Shown: in pieces, positions 8,192-15,033 of the stretch | Numbering within the stretch: the stretch's first letter is position 1 | Layout: each line of letters opens with the position of its first letter | Assembly: GCA_044226625.1 (NCBI GenBank) | Contig: JBGAGQ010000102.1 | Coordinates: 1 to 15,152, forward strand | DNA from: Thermoanaerobaculia bacterium | GTDB taxonomy: Bacteria > Acidobacteriota > Thermoanaerobaculia > Multivoradales > UBA5704 | Length of the DNA stretch: 15,152 nt | Direction: 5' to 3' | Notes under the pieces: model-generated | Told to the model about the DNA's origin: nothing | Database searches by the model: none | What the model saw: the letters and a program-made list of their open reading frames with translations, nothing else | Program-made: the position numbers and the translations under genes

Positions 8192-10603
8192 CTACTCGGC
8201 GCGCAGCGCCTCCACCGGATCGATCCCCGCCGCTCGGCGCGCTGGGATGTAGGCGGCGATGAGCGCGACCGCTCCGAGGATCGCGACGGCTCCGGTCAAC
8301 GTCCATGGATCGTTGGGTCGGACTTCGAACAGCAGGGAGCGCAGCAGCCGGGTGGCCGCCAGCGCGCCGAGCAGGCCGAGGGCGGACCCTCCGGCAATCA
8401 CCAGAAGGCTCTCCCGCAGTAGCTCGCGAATGACGTCGCGGTCGCGGGCGCCGAGCGCGATGCGGACGCCCACCTCGTGGGTGCGTTGCGTCACGGCGTA
8501 GGTCATGAGGCCGAAAATGCCGAGTGCCGCGAGCACCAACGCGGCGAGCGAGAACTGGCCCAGGAAGATGGCGGGGAAGCGGCGGGTACCGATCGACCCC
8601 TCGAACACCTGCGCCATGGTCCTCACGTCGTGGACCGGCACGTCGCGGTCGAAGCGGTGCATCGCGTCGACGATCGCGCCGGTCGCGAGAGCCGGGTCGC
8701 CCGCCGTGCGCGCTACGAGATAAAGGTGCCGAGTCGGGTTTTGCGGCAGCGGCACGTAGGCCTGAAGCGGCGTGTCCCGGTCCACCCCTTCGAGCTTGAC
8801 GTCGGAGACCACCCCCACCACTTCGCGCCAGGGGGCCTCCGCCTCCGGCCAACCCTGCTTCACCCGTTGGCCGATCGGGTTCTGCCCGGGCCACATGCGG
8901 CGGGCCATGGTTTCGTTCACCAGGATCACCTGCGGCGAATCGGCGGTGTCGGCCGCGGTGAAGGCGCGGCCGCGGATCAGGCGTATTCCGAGTCCGGGAA
9001 ACACGCCGGGGGAGGCCGGAATCCAAGCCGCGTTGGGAAGCTCCGAGCGCGGCGGCACCGGTTGACCGGCGACGATGAAGATCGAACCCCAGTTCGAACC
9101 CTCGAACGGCAGCGAAAGGGTGAGCCCGGCCGCCTCGACCCCCGGCAGCGCCTCGATGTTCTCCACGATGTCGCGATAGGCGACCTGGCGTTTCGCCTCG
9201 TCATAGCGATCGCCGACCAGCCCGAACCGGAGGGTGAGCACGTGGTCCGGGCGGAATCCGGGATCCACCTCGCCGAGGCGGGAGATGGTCCGCATCATCA
9301 GCCCGGAGGCGGTGAGGAGGACGACCGCGAGCGCGATCTCGGCGATCAGGAGCGCGCGACGGATGGGACTCTTGCCGCCGAATCGGGCGGCGGAGCCGCC
9401 GGAGCGGGCGCCTTGATGGAGGCGGGTCCGCGCCGCCTGCAGCGCCGGCAGCAGGCCGAACAGGAACGCGGTGGCGATGGCGGAGGCCGCGGCGAACGCG
9501 AGCACCCGGCCGTCCATCGCGACCGTGGTGAGCCGGGGGATGGTCTCGGGAAGGACCGAGACGAGGAGCGGCAGCGCGAGCTTCGCGAGCCAGATGCCGA
9601 ACAGGCCGCCGAGCACCGCGAGCGCCAGGCTCTCGGTGAGCATCTGCCGCGCGATGCGAGAGCGCCCCGCCCCGAGCGCGAGCCTCGTTGCGATCTCCCC
9701 CTGCCGGGTCGTGGCGCGTGCGAGCAGCAGGCTCGCGAGATTGACGCAGGCGAGCAGGAGTACGCAGCCGACGCCCACCATCAAGACCAGCAGCGAAGTC
9801 CGGACGTCTTCCACCATTACGTCGGCGAGCGCACGGATATTGGCGCTGAGACCGCTGTTGCTTTCGGGGTGCTCCTTGGCGAGCGCCGCCTCGAGGCCCT
9901 TCATCTCTGTCTGAGCCGCGGCGAGCGAGACGCCGGGCCTCAATCGAGCGATGGCGTAGATCCCGCTGTGGTTGCCGCGCTCCAGATCCCCTTCGTCGAT
10001 GTAGGGGGTCATCGGCAGATAGAGATCTTCGGGTCTGGTGAATTGGAACCCTGGGGGGAGGACGCCGATCACCGTATAGGGCTTATCGTCGAGGGTCAGG
10101 TTGCGGCCGATGGCTCGGGGGTCGGCGTGGAGCAGCCGGCGCCATAGGCGGTCGCTCACCACCACCCGGTCGGGTTCCCCCTGGCGGTCGTCGTTCGGCA
10201 CGATCAGCCGTCCCACCTGCGCCTGCACCCCAAGCAAGTCGAAGAAACCGCCGGTGACCATCCGCCCGTCGAGCTGCTCGGCCCTCTCGAATCCGGTGAG
10301 GTTGAACCGAACCTGGCGCGATCCTTCGATCCGGTCGAACGAGCGCGCGCGAGCTCGCCAGTCGATGAAATTCGGCCAAGAGACGCTCCACCGATCCCCA
10401 TCGGGAGACATCTCCGCTCCGAGCACGAGCCGCTCCGCGTCGCGAAACGGGAGCGGCCGGAGGATCAGCCGGTCGACTACCGAGAAGATCGACGTCGTGG
10501 CGCCGATTCCGAGTGCCAAGGTGGCGACGATCACGGCCGCCAGGCCGCGATTCCGGCTCATCATGCGCCAAGCTTGACGAAGATCCTGGACGAAATCGGC
10601 CAT
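8192..10603 (-). CDS. ABC transporter permease, acidobacterial duplicated orphan permease (ADOP; 2x MacB_PCD + FtsX), 803 aa
   Basis: ATG 10603 follows GGAGG (MADFVQDLRQAWR). Motifs TLALGIGATTSIFSVV, LLACVNLASLLLAR...EIATRLALGA, RTHEVGVRIALGA and IPARRAAGIDPVEALRAE. No ATPase gene is adjacent. Confidence 0.93.
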   Translation of the reverse strand: MADFVQDLRQAWRMMSRNRGLAAVIVATLALGIGATTSIFSVVDRLILRPLPFRDAERLVLGAEMSPDGDRWSVSWPNFIDWRARARSFDRIEGSRQVRFNLTGFERAEQLDGRMVTGGFFDLLGVQAQVGRLIVPNDDRQGEPDRVVVSDRLWRRLLHADPRAIGRNLTLDDKPYTVIGVLPPGFQFTRPEDLYLPMTPYIDEGDLERGNHSGIYAIARLRPGVSLAAAQTEMKGLEAALAKEHPESNSGLSANIRALADVMVEDVRTSLLVLMVGVGCVLLLACVNLASLLLARATTRQGEIATRLALGAGRSRIARQMLTESLALAVLGGLFGIWLAKLALPLLVSVLPETIPRLTTVAMDGRVLAFAAASAIATAFLFGLLPALQAARTRLHQGARSGGSAARFGGKSPIRRALLIAEIALAVVLLTASGLMMRTISRLGEVDPGFRPDHVLTLRFGLVGDRYDEAKRQVAYRDIVENIEALPGVEAAGLTLSLPFEGSNWGSIFIVAGQPVPPRSELPNAAWIPASPGVFPGLGIRLIRGRAFTAADTADSPQVILVNETMARRMWPGQNPIGQRVKQGWPEAEAPWREVVGVVSDVKLEGVDRDTPLQAYVPLPQNPTRHLYLVARTAGDPALATGAIVDAMHRFDRDVPVHDVRTMAQVFEGSIGTRRFPAIFLGQFSLAALVLAALGIFGLMTYAVTQRTHEVGVRIALGARDRDVIRELLRESLLVIAGGSALGLLGALAATRLLRSLLFEVRPNDPWTLTGAVAILGAVALIAAYIPARRAAGIDPVEALRAE

Positions 10604-11027
10604 ACGCCCTCCGCGAAGGTCCTCTCTAGGGTTTTCGATCTTACGCTTACGTTTCCGGGCGCCCTGGGTTTTGGTACGCACGGCTTCTCATCAGAACTTC
10701 AGTCTACCGAGGCCTCCCAAGACAGGCATTTCGGTCTGCGCCGCGAAATTCCCGCGTGGCGCGCGGTCGATCGAAGCGGACCTTCAGAGTCGAAAGCCCC
10801 GGATTCCAAAATTCTGACTTCGTACGCTGAGCTCTTCGTTCCGATTTCCAAATTTTCACGCCGCCGAGCCGCTTTCGACGTTGCGCTCGGGAGTTCCGGT
10901 CTGGCCGAGCACAGCGCCAAGCCGAGAATTCGAATTTCGCCGCACGGAATGAGAATTCGGATTCGGCCAAGGCGAATGTCCGACGGACTCCGGGGAGCGC
11001 CAGCCAGCCTTCGCGCATCGTCACGTT

Positions 11028-11270
11028 GATTTTCCCGGGCGCGCGCTTGGGAAAGTGCATTGCTGGGTCGATTTTCCGGAGCGCGGCCAGGCGGAGCCCT
11101 CTACCCGTTTGATTTTTCCCAGCGCACCCAGGCGGAGTGCTCTGTCAAGCTGAAATTCCCGAGCGCGGGCGCCGGCTTTGCGCCTGCCGATTTCTTCCTC
11201 CCGAGAGTGGCGCCGCTTTCGTCTACGCCCGAGTTTTTCAGAACTGCGCGCCGAAAATCAGGCGGCGCCC
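11028..11270. repeat. Degenerate tandem repeat, ~41-42 bp unit, about 6 copies
   Basis: Units begin at 11028 GATTTTCCCGGGCGCG, 11070 GATTTTCCGGAGCGCG, 11111 GATTTTTCCCAGCGCA, 11152 GAAATTCCCGAGCGCG, 11189 GATTTCTTCC and 11231 GAGTTTTTCAG. Units 2 and 3 also share CCAGGCGGAG. Confidence 0.55.
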
Positions 11271-11315
11271 AAACTTTCTCTGCCAGTCAGGAGTGTCACC
11301 GGGTTCGAGGAGGTC

Positions 11316-11720
11316 TCAGTTGCCCGAGGTCGCTTCGAACGGGGTGATGTCGGTCTTCGAGAAGTCGTTCCCTTTCAAGAGGAGAGGCTCGCCGAGCACC
11401 TTGGCCAGGGCGTAAGCGAAGCCGTCGCCGTAGTTCAGCCCGGCCGGATGACGTCCTTTGCCAAACTGGCTGAACGCACGGCGCGCCACCTTTCCTTGCT
11501 CGGCATCGACGGCGACGAGAAGGATCCCCGCCCGGTCGAGAAAGAAATCGAGCTCGCGCAACCCTTCGGCTCCCTGGCGAGACTCGATCACGAGCGAGCT
11601 CTCGACGAAGTTCGCCACGGACATCTTCCGCGACGGGGCCGCCTCAATCGCTTCATTGAACACGTGGCGTTCGGGCTCGGCCTGGAGGATTGCGAGCAAT
11701 GCCGACGTGTCGATCACCAT
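11316..11720 (-). CDS. vapC: VapC PIN-domain ribonuclease toxin, 134 aa
   Basis: MVIDTSALLAILQAEPE...LNYGDGFAYALAK...LLLKGNDFSKTD carries the PIN acidic residues. The start overlaps the antitoxin stop (TGATG). Confidence 0.95.
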   Translation of the reverse strand: MVIDTSALLAILQAEPERHVFNEAIEAAPSRKMSVANFVESSLVIESRQGAEGLRELDFFLDRAGILLVAVDAEQGKVARRAFSQFGKGRHPAGLNYGDGFAYALAKVLGEPLLLKGNDFSKTDITPFEATSGN

Positions 11721-11974
11721 CAGCTAGGCAGCCCGTTTTCGTCGTAGCCCAAGATCTCTTCGGCGGGCCGCGGATCGAGAACCGGCAGACTGGCGCACCG
11801 GAGAGCGATCTCGTCGAGCTCGTCGGCAAGGCGACGCCCTTTCCGTTCACGCTGAAGCCGCACGAGTTGGTCGCGAAGAGCCCGCCGGACCGCCTCGGTC
11901 TTCGTCTCGCCGGTCAGGCTGGCCAATTCTTGTGCCAGTTCCTCGGTCTCGCGGTTTTTGATGTTGAGCGCCAT
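11720..11974 (-). CDS. vapB: VapB antitoxin (Rv0623-like/PSK_trans_fac family), 84 aa
   Basis: MALNIKNRETEELAQELASLTGETKTEAVRRAL...ILGYDENGLP. It lies directly upstream of vapC and is translationally coupled to it. Confidence 0.92.
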   Translation of the reverse strand: MALNIKNRETEELAQELASLTGETKTEAVRRALRDQLVRLQRERKGRRLADELDEIALRCASLPVLDPRPAEEILGYDENGLPS

Positions 11975-11984
11975 GCATCCTCAC

Positions 11985-12004
11985 GTGTAGTAGTCCGACG
12001 ACAC
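11985..12004. promoter_or_regulatory. Imperfect palindrome upstream of vapB, candidate autoregulatory operator
   Basis: GTGTAGTAGTCCGACGACAC matches its reverse complement at 14 of 20 positions and lies 10 nt upstream of the vapB start. Confidence 0.4.
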
Positions 12005-12199
12005 GGTAATAACCCCTGACCTGCTCGTCAACGCAGCGATGCGAGCCCTGAATCTTTCGGAAAAGAGATCCGAAATCCGAGCCGCGCCGACTTTTTTCGG
12101 AAAAAGGGGCGATTTGCTCGACTTCTCGGAATTGTCTTCCTATCCTCCTGGATGTGGGAATCATCCCGCACCCGGCTTCGCCAAGGCGAAGGAGGAAGT

Positions 12200-12610
12200 A
12201 TGCGTCAGAGAGGGTATGCCGACATCGCGAACACCTGGAACGTCATGGTCGAGAACGCTCGGCCGATCTTGGGTTCGCTCGGCCCGGCGGTCGAGCGGCA
12301 CCAGAGCTTGGAGACGCACGTCCAGGACCTGCTCCGCTTCAACGAGCGGGCCGAAGCGATGCGCTCGGAGCTCACGAGCGTCATGAAGCAGCGTCGGGAG
12401 CTGGCCCGCGAGGGCGCGCACAGCTACCGGCGTTTCACCGCGGACCTGCAGGCCCATCACGGATTGGACAGCTCCGAGCTGATCCGCTACGGCCTCCAGC
12501 CGAAGGGTCGGCCCCGGAAGGTCAACGCCAAGAAGAAGAAGGAAGAGGAGGCGGCGAAGGCGAAATCGGTGGAGAAGGGCAAAGTCGACGTCGAAGTCGC
12601 CCCGGCTTGA
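12200..12610 (+). CDS. Hypothetical helical/coiled-coil protein with basic AT-hook-like tail, 136 aa
   Basis: ATG 12200 follows GGAGG. Helical heptad-like core, HGLDSSELIRYGLQP motif, then KGRPRK and KKKKEEEAAK. It has its own terminator downstream. Confidence 0.8.
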   Translation: MRQRGYADIANTWNVMVENARPILGSLGPAVERHQSLETHVQDLLRFNERAEAMRSELTSVMKQRRELAREGAHSYRRFTADLQAHHGLDSSELIRYGLQPKGRPRKVNAKKKKEEEAAKAKSVEKGKVDVEVAPA

Positions 12611-12633
12611 TCCCCGATTCACCTCTGTAGGTC

Positions 12634-12666
12634 GCGACGGGCGGTGGCAGCCGCCCGTCGTTGTTT
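12634..12666 (+). terminator. Rho-independent terminator
   Basis: Perfect 10-bp stem CGACGGGCGG / CCGCCCGTCG with a 6-nt loop, followed by TTGTTT. Confidence 0.75.
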
Positions 12667-12839
12667 CGCCCTCGCCGTCCGAAGAAAACTATCCCTTCAA
12701 GCCCAAGGACACAAGCTGCGGGGCCGCGGAAGGGCCCTGGAAGGGCCTGTTCGGCCCACGGTCCGCCGAATCCGCTTACGAGGTTTACCGCCTCGTGCCT
12801 GCGCAAAATAGCCGGCTGCGCTGGGATAGGGCGCTTGGC

Positions 12840-13043
12840 TCAGCCGTTGGAGCGACTTCGAGCGATGAGCTCGCGGACCTGCGGCACGAGCTCGACTGGC
12901 ACGTCCATCATCGTATGGGTGGTGGACTCATACGCCGCTTCGTCCTCGGCGATCGCTTGGTCCTCGGACTGCTGCTCATAGTGATCGAGGACGCCGAGAA
13001 CTCGGGTTTCATCCCAGCCGGCCGGAAATTTGGTCTTGCTCAT
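12840..13043 (-). CDS. Small acidic putative type II antitoxin (FPAGWDE...VPVELVPQVRELI family), 67 aa
   Basis: The likely start is ATG 13043 (MSKTKFPAGWDETRV), overlapping the stop of an upstream toxin-like frame (ATGA). Acidic EQQSEDQAIAEDEAAYE segment. The family assignment is from recognition only. Confidence 0.7.
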   Translation of the reverse strand: MSKTKFPAGWDETRVLGVLDHYEQQSEDQAIAEDEAAYESTTHTMMDVPVELVPQVRELIARSRSNG

Positions 13044-13135
13044 CGATTTCTTCCTGGCTTGAGGCGCCGTCTTAGGGCGCGAAGGACTTTCCACCCCAGA
13101 GGATACGCCGTGACGACGAAAACCGATTCCGCTCC
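13040..13135 (-). pseudogene. C-terminal remnant of a BrnT/DUF4258-like toxin
   Basis: Hand translation gives GAESVFVVTAYPLGWKVLRALRRRLKPGRNR*. The V-V-T-A-Y strand and basic tail are typical of these toxins. It is coupled to the antitoxin by ATGA. The frame upstream is not toxin-like and hits TAG at 13193-13195. Confidence 0.6.
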
Positions 13136-13143
13136 TGCTCCTG

Positions 13144-13170
13144 ATGGGTGCTGCTCCTGGCACCTATTCC
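13144..13170. repeat. Partial/collapsed copy of the REP-like motif (hairpin)
   Basis: ATGGGTGC (13144-13151) pairs with GCACCTAT (13160-13167). TGGCACCTATTCC matches TGGCACCCATTCC of the 13967 copy at 12 of 13 positions. Confidence 0.5.
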
Positions 13171-13265
13171 CGCAGCTCAAGAGTCCGAGAGGCTATTCAC
13201 GCGCCGGATATGTCCGAACTCGTTGGCGTTCGCCAGGCGCTTGGTTTTTGTAGGACGACCGCCGG

Positions 13266-13616
13266 TCACTCGGGGAGATCGATCGCAGCTCGTATTCCGA
13301 TCTCCACCATTCGCAGGTAGGGGCCAGTTAGGCGGCCGATCTTCTGCGTCAGCTTCGATCGATCGAGCGTTGTGATCTGGTGGCAGATAGCCGTACTAGC
13401 CTCCGGAAGGTTCGCGGTCCCTGCCGGGAGGTTCACCGAAGTTGGTCCCCGCCGGCCCTGAGACTTGGAGGTCGAGCACGGGACGACGATCACCGAACAC
13501 CAAGTAGGCGTTTCGTTGAAGGCGTCATGAGACAGCAGAATGACCGGGCGGCGTCCCCCCTGCTCAGATCCCGAGCGAGGTTTGAGATCGGCCCAGTAGA
13601 CATCCCCCCGCTTCAC
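13266..13616 (-). CDS. mazF: PemK/MazF family endoribonuclease toxin, 116 aa
   Basis: MKRGDVYWADLKPRSGSEQGGRRPVILLSHDAFN...VIVVPCSTS...CHQITTLDRSKL. The GTG start overlaps the antitoxin stop (GTGA). Confidence 0.93.
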   Translation of the reverse strand: MKRGDVYWADLKPRSGSEQGGRRPVILLSHDAFNETPTWCSVIVVPCSTSKSQGRRGPTSVNLPAGTANLPEASTAICHQITTLDRSKLTQKIGRLTGPYLRMVEIGIRAAIDLPE

Positions 13617-13879
13617 GCCGCTCTTTCATCTAGGAGCAACTCAAGGCTCGCCTCTTCAAGCTGCTCGTCCGAATCGAACTCCGTGCCGGCCTGGGCCTTC
13701 GCATAGGCCGCGATCTCTGAGTGGAGGCGCAGCCGTCGGCGCTGCTTGAGCCACTGGAGAAGCGCTTCACGGGCGAGCGAGGTTGCAGACTGGCCCGTCT
13801 GCTCCGCTTCTTCACGAAGCATCTGATGGAGGTCGCCGGGGAGCGGAAGGTGGAAGTTGAGCATGGCTGGCCTTGACAT
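13613..13879 (-). CDS. Ribbon-helix-helix (CopG-like) antitoxin partner of the PemK/MazF toxin, 88 aa
   Basis: RBS AGGAG. RHH pattern NFHLPLPGDLHQMLREEAEQTGQSATSLAREAL and an acidic C-terminus. It is coupled to the toxin. Confidence 0.8.
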   Translation of the reverse strand: MSRPAMLNFHLPLPGDLHQMLREEAEQTGQSATSLAREALLQWLKQRRRLRLHSEIAAYAKAQAGTEFDSDEQLEEASLELLLDERAA

Positions 13880-13890
13880 GTCGATTCTCC

Positions 13891-13927
13891 TGCCACGATT
13901 TTATGCCATAGATCGAGGTCGTGGCAA
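13891..13927 (-). promoter_or_regulatory. Sigma70-like promoter with overlapping inverted-repeat operator for the RHH/MazF operon
   Basis: Minus strand TTGCCA (13927-13922), 18-nt spacer, TAAAAT (13903-13898). Inverted repeat TGCCACGA (13891-13898) / TCGTGGCA (13919-13926). Confidence 0.6.
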
Positions 13928-13966
13928 TTGGCTCCAAGGCTGGCCTGAGGGTTCAATCTCGTTTTC

Positions 13967-13994
13967 AGGTTAGGGTGGCACCCATTCCGGCCCG
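13967..13994 (+). repeat. REP-like motif copy A (inverted relative to B and C)
   Basis: AGGTTAGGGTGGCACCCATTCCGGCCCG. The first 16 nt are identical to the reverse complement of copies B and C, and similarity continues with one gap. Confidence 0.75.
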
Positions 13995-14176
13995 CCATTC
14001 TTCCGGCTCGCGATTGGAAGTGACGATCGTGGAGTGTTTCTGGTGGCGCTCCAGGAGGATCTCGTAGAGGTCAACGGCTCTCCGTGGGATCGAGAGTGTC
14101 CAGGCCAGATTCGTCGAGCACCAGCAGGTCGACCGCAAAGAGTCGGTGCATCTCGCGTTCGAGGCTGTAGTCGAGC
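13995..14176 (-). pseudogene. istB: Internal fragment of IS21-family helper ATPase IstB, frameshifted
   Basis: LDYSLEREMHRLFAVDLLVLDESGLDTLDPTESR (Walker B DLLVLDE), then one extra base at ~14073, then DLYEILLERHQKHSTIVTSNREPEEW (the IstB TSN motif). There is no start, no Walker A and no istA. Confidence 0.8.
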
Positions 14177-14198
14177 CAGATAGGTGCCACCCTAACCT
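14171..14198 (-). repeat. REP-like motif copy B
   Basis: TCGAGCCAGATAGGTGCCACCCTAACCT, identical (28/28) to 14765-14792. Confidence 0.85.
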
Positions 14199-14298
14199 TT
14201 CGCAGGGTACGAGCACTAGTAACGCTGACCATATTAGCGAGATAATGAGTTGTTTAACAGCAAGACTAGAAGGCGGTAGGGTCAACGCGAGGTGTCGT

Positions 14299-14682
14299 AT
14301 GAAGAGGCTCAAGGCAATCCGTCGCAGCGATTTCGAGGTGGTGCTGGCCGAAGACTGGAGGCCCGTGGTCCTTGAAGGCAATGCAAGGCCGGAGTTCACG
14401 AGAAGGATTCCACAAGCGTGCATAATTGCAAGCGGCCAGGATCTGGCGACCGCTCCTCCGTACCGCTGCCCACAACTCCCCGATGCACGCCTCGTGGGAG
14501 GGATCGATGCTTGGCGTTCGGTAACAGATGACCCGGTACCTTTCAACAAAGACTGGTACGCGGTCGTCGCTTCGCCTTCCGATCCGGACTATGTTTTCGC
14601 GGTCGGTCCCCAGAGAGACTTGGAACATTGGAGCAGTGAGATCCCTTCACGGTATGACCGTATCAAAGTAGTCATCCTCTAA
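14299..14682 (+). CDS. Hypothetical protein (orphan, lower-GC cargo), ~127 aa
   Basis: GAGGT lies upstream of ATG 14299. The upstream segment is AT-rich (14221-14280 is 26/60 GC). No motif is recognised, and the start is uncertain. Confidence 0.5.
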   Translation: MKRLKAIRRSDFEVVLAEDWRPVVLEGNARPEFTRRIPQACIIASGQDLATAPPYRCPQLPDARLVGGIDAWRSVTDDPVPFNKDWYAVVASPSDPDYVFAVGPQRDLEHWSSEIPSRYDRIKVVIL

Positions 14683-14764
14683 GGTCTGTTCGCTGCCGCC
14701 TTAGCGATCGCCGAGGCTTCCCTGGCGGAGGTGGCGCGCTGAGCGCGACCAAGCCGCGGGTGGA

Positions 14765-14792
14765 TCGAGCCAGATAGGTGCCACCCTAACCT
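14765..14792 (-). repeat. REP-like motif copy C
   Basis: Exact 28-bp direct repeat of copy B, 594 bp downstream of it and ~240 bp upstream of the Y1 transposase start. Confidence 0.85.
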
Positions 14793-14904
14793 GCCGCGCG
14801 CCTCCCGCCGCTAAAGATTGCGTGCCGGTCAAGATCTTTTGTCAGCTCGGCAATCCCAACCAAATCAGCGTTTTCCACCCAGTTGACCCAGATTTCTCGG
14901 GGTT

Positions 14905-14929
14905 GACCCGCAAGATCTCTTGCGGGGTC
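14905..14929. other. GC-rich hairpin upstream of the HUH/Y1 transposase
   Basis: CCCGCAAG-ATCT-CTTGCGGG is a perfect 8-bp stem, extendable by GAC/GTC with a bulge. Confidence 0.5.
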
Positions 14930-15033
14930 GGGCCCTGCTGAGAACTGGATCGCAGGAGCCAAGCCGAACGCGCTCTGTAGTTTGACTCGACGCGGCTCGC
15001 CTGGTAGGGCTCTTGAGATGCCCGGCTGTCGAA

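Noticed and set aside
7821-10147. 556-aa (+) and 401-aa (-) ORFs overlapping the permease
   Set aside because: They are shadow ORFs of the well-supported ADOP gene.
11028-11280. CRISPR array interpretation of the ~41-bp repeats or of the 28-bp repeats at 14171/14765
   Set aside because: The first set is too degenerate and its period is too short. The second set is 594 bp apart with an inverted third copy. No cas genes are present.
10574-11415. Several 70-150 aa ORFs between the permease and vapC
   Set aside because: They lack convincing RBS or motif support, overlap in multiple frames, and are better explained by non-coding periodic sequence.
13965-14549. 194-aa minus-strand ORF
   Set aside because: It is chimeric. 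Only its last ~35 codons include istB-derived sequence, and the rest crosses a repeat and the antisense of the 14299 ORF.
13969-14790. GTTAGGG / CCCTAAC as integron attC core sites
   Set aside because: They do not fit GTTRRRY/RYYYAAC, they are in the wrong order for an attC, no intervening attC hairpin is present, and no integrase is in the window.
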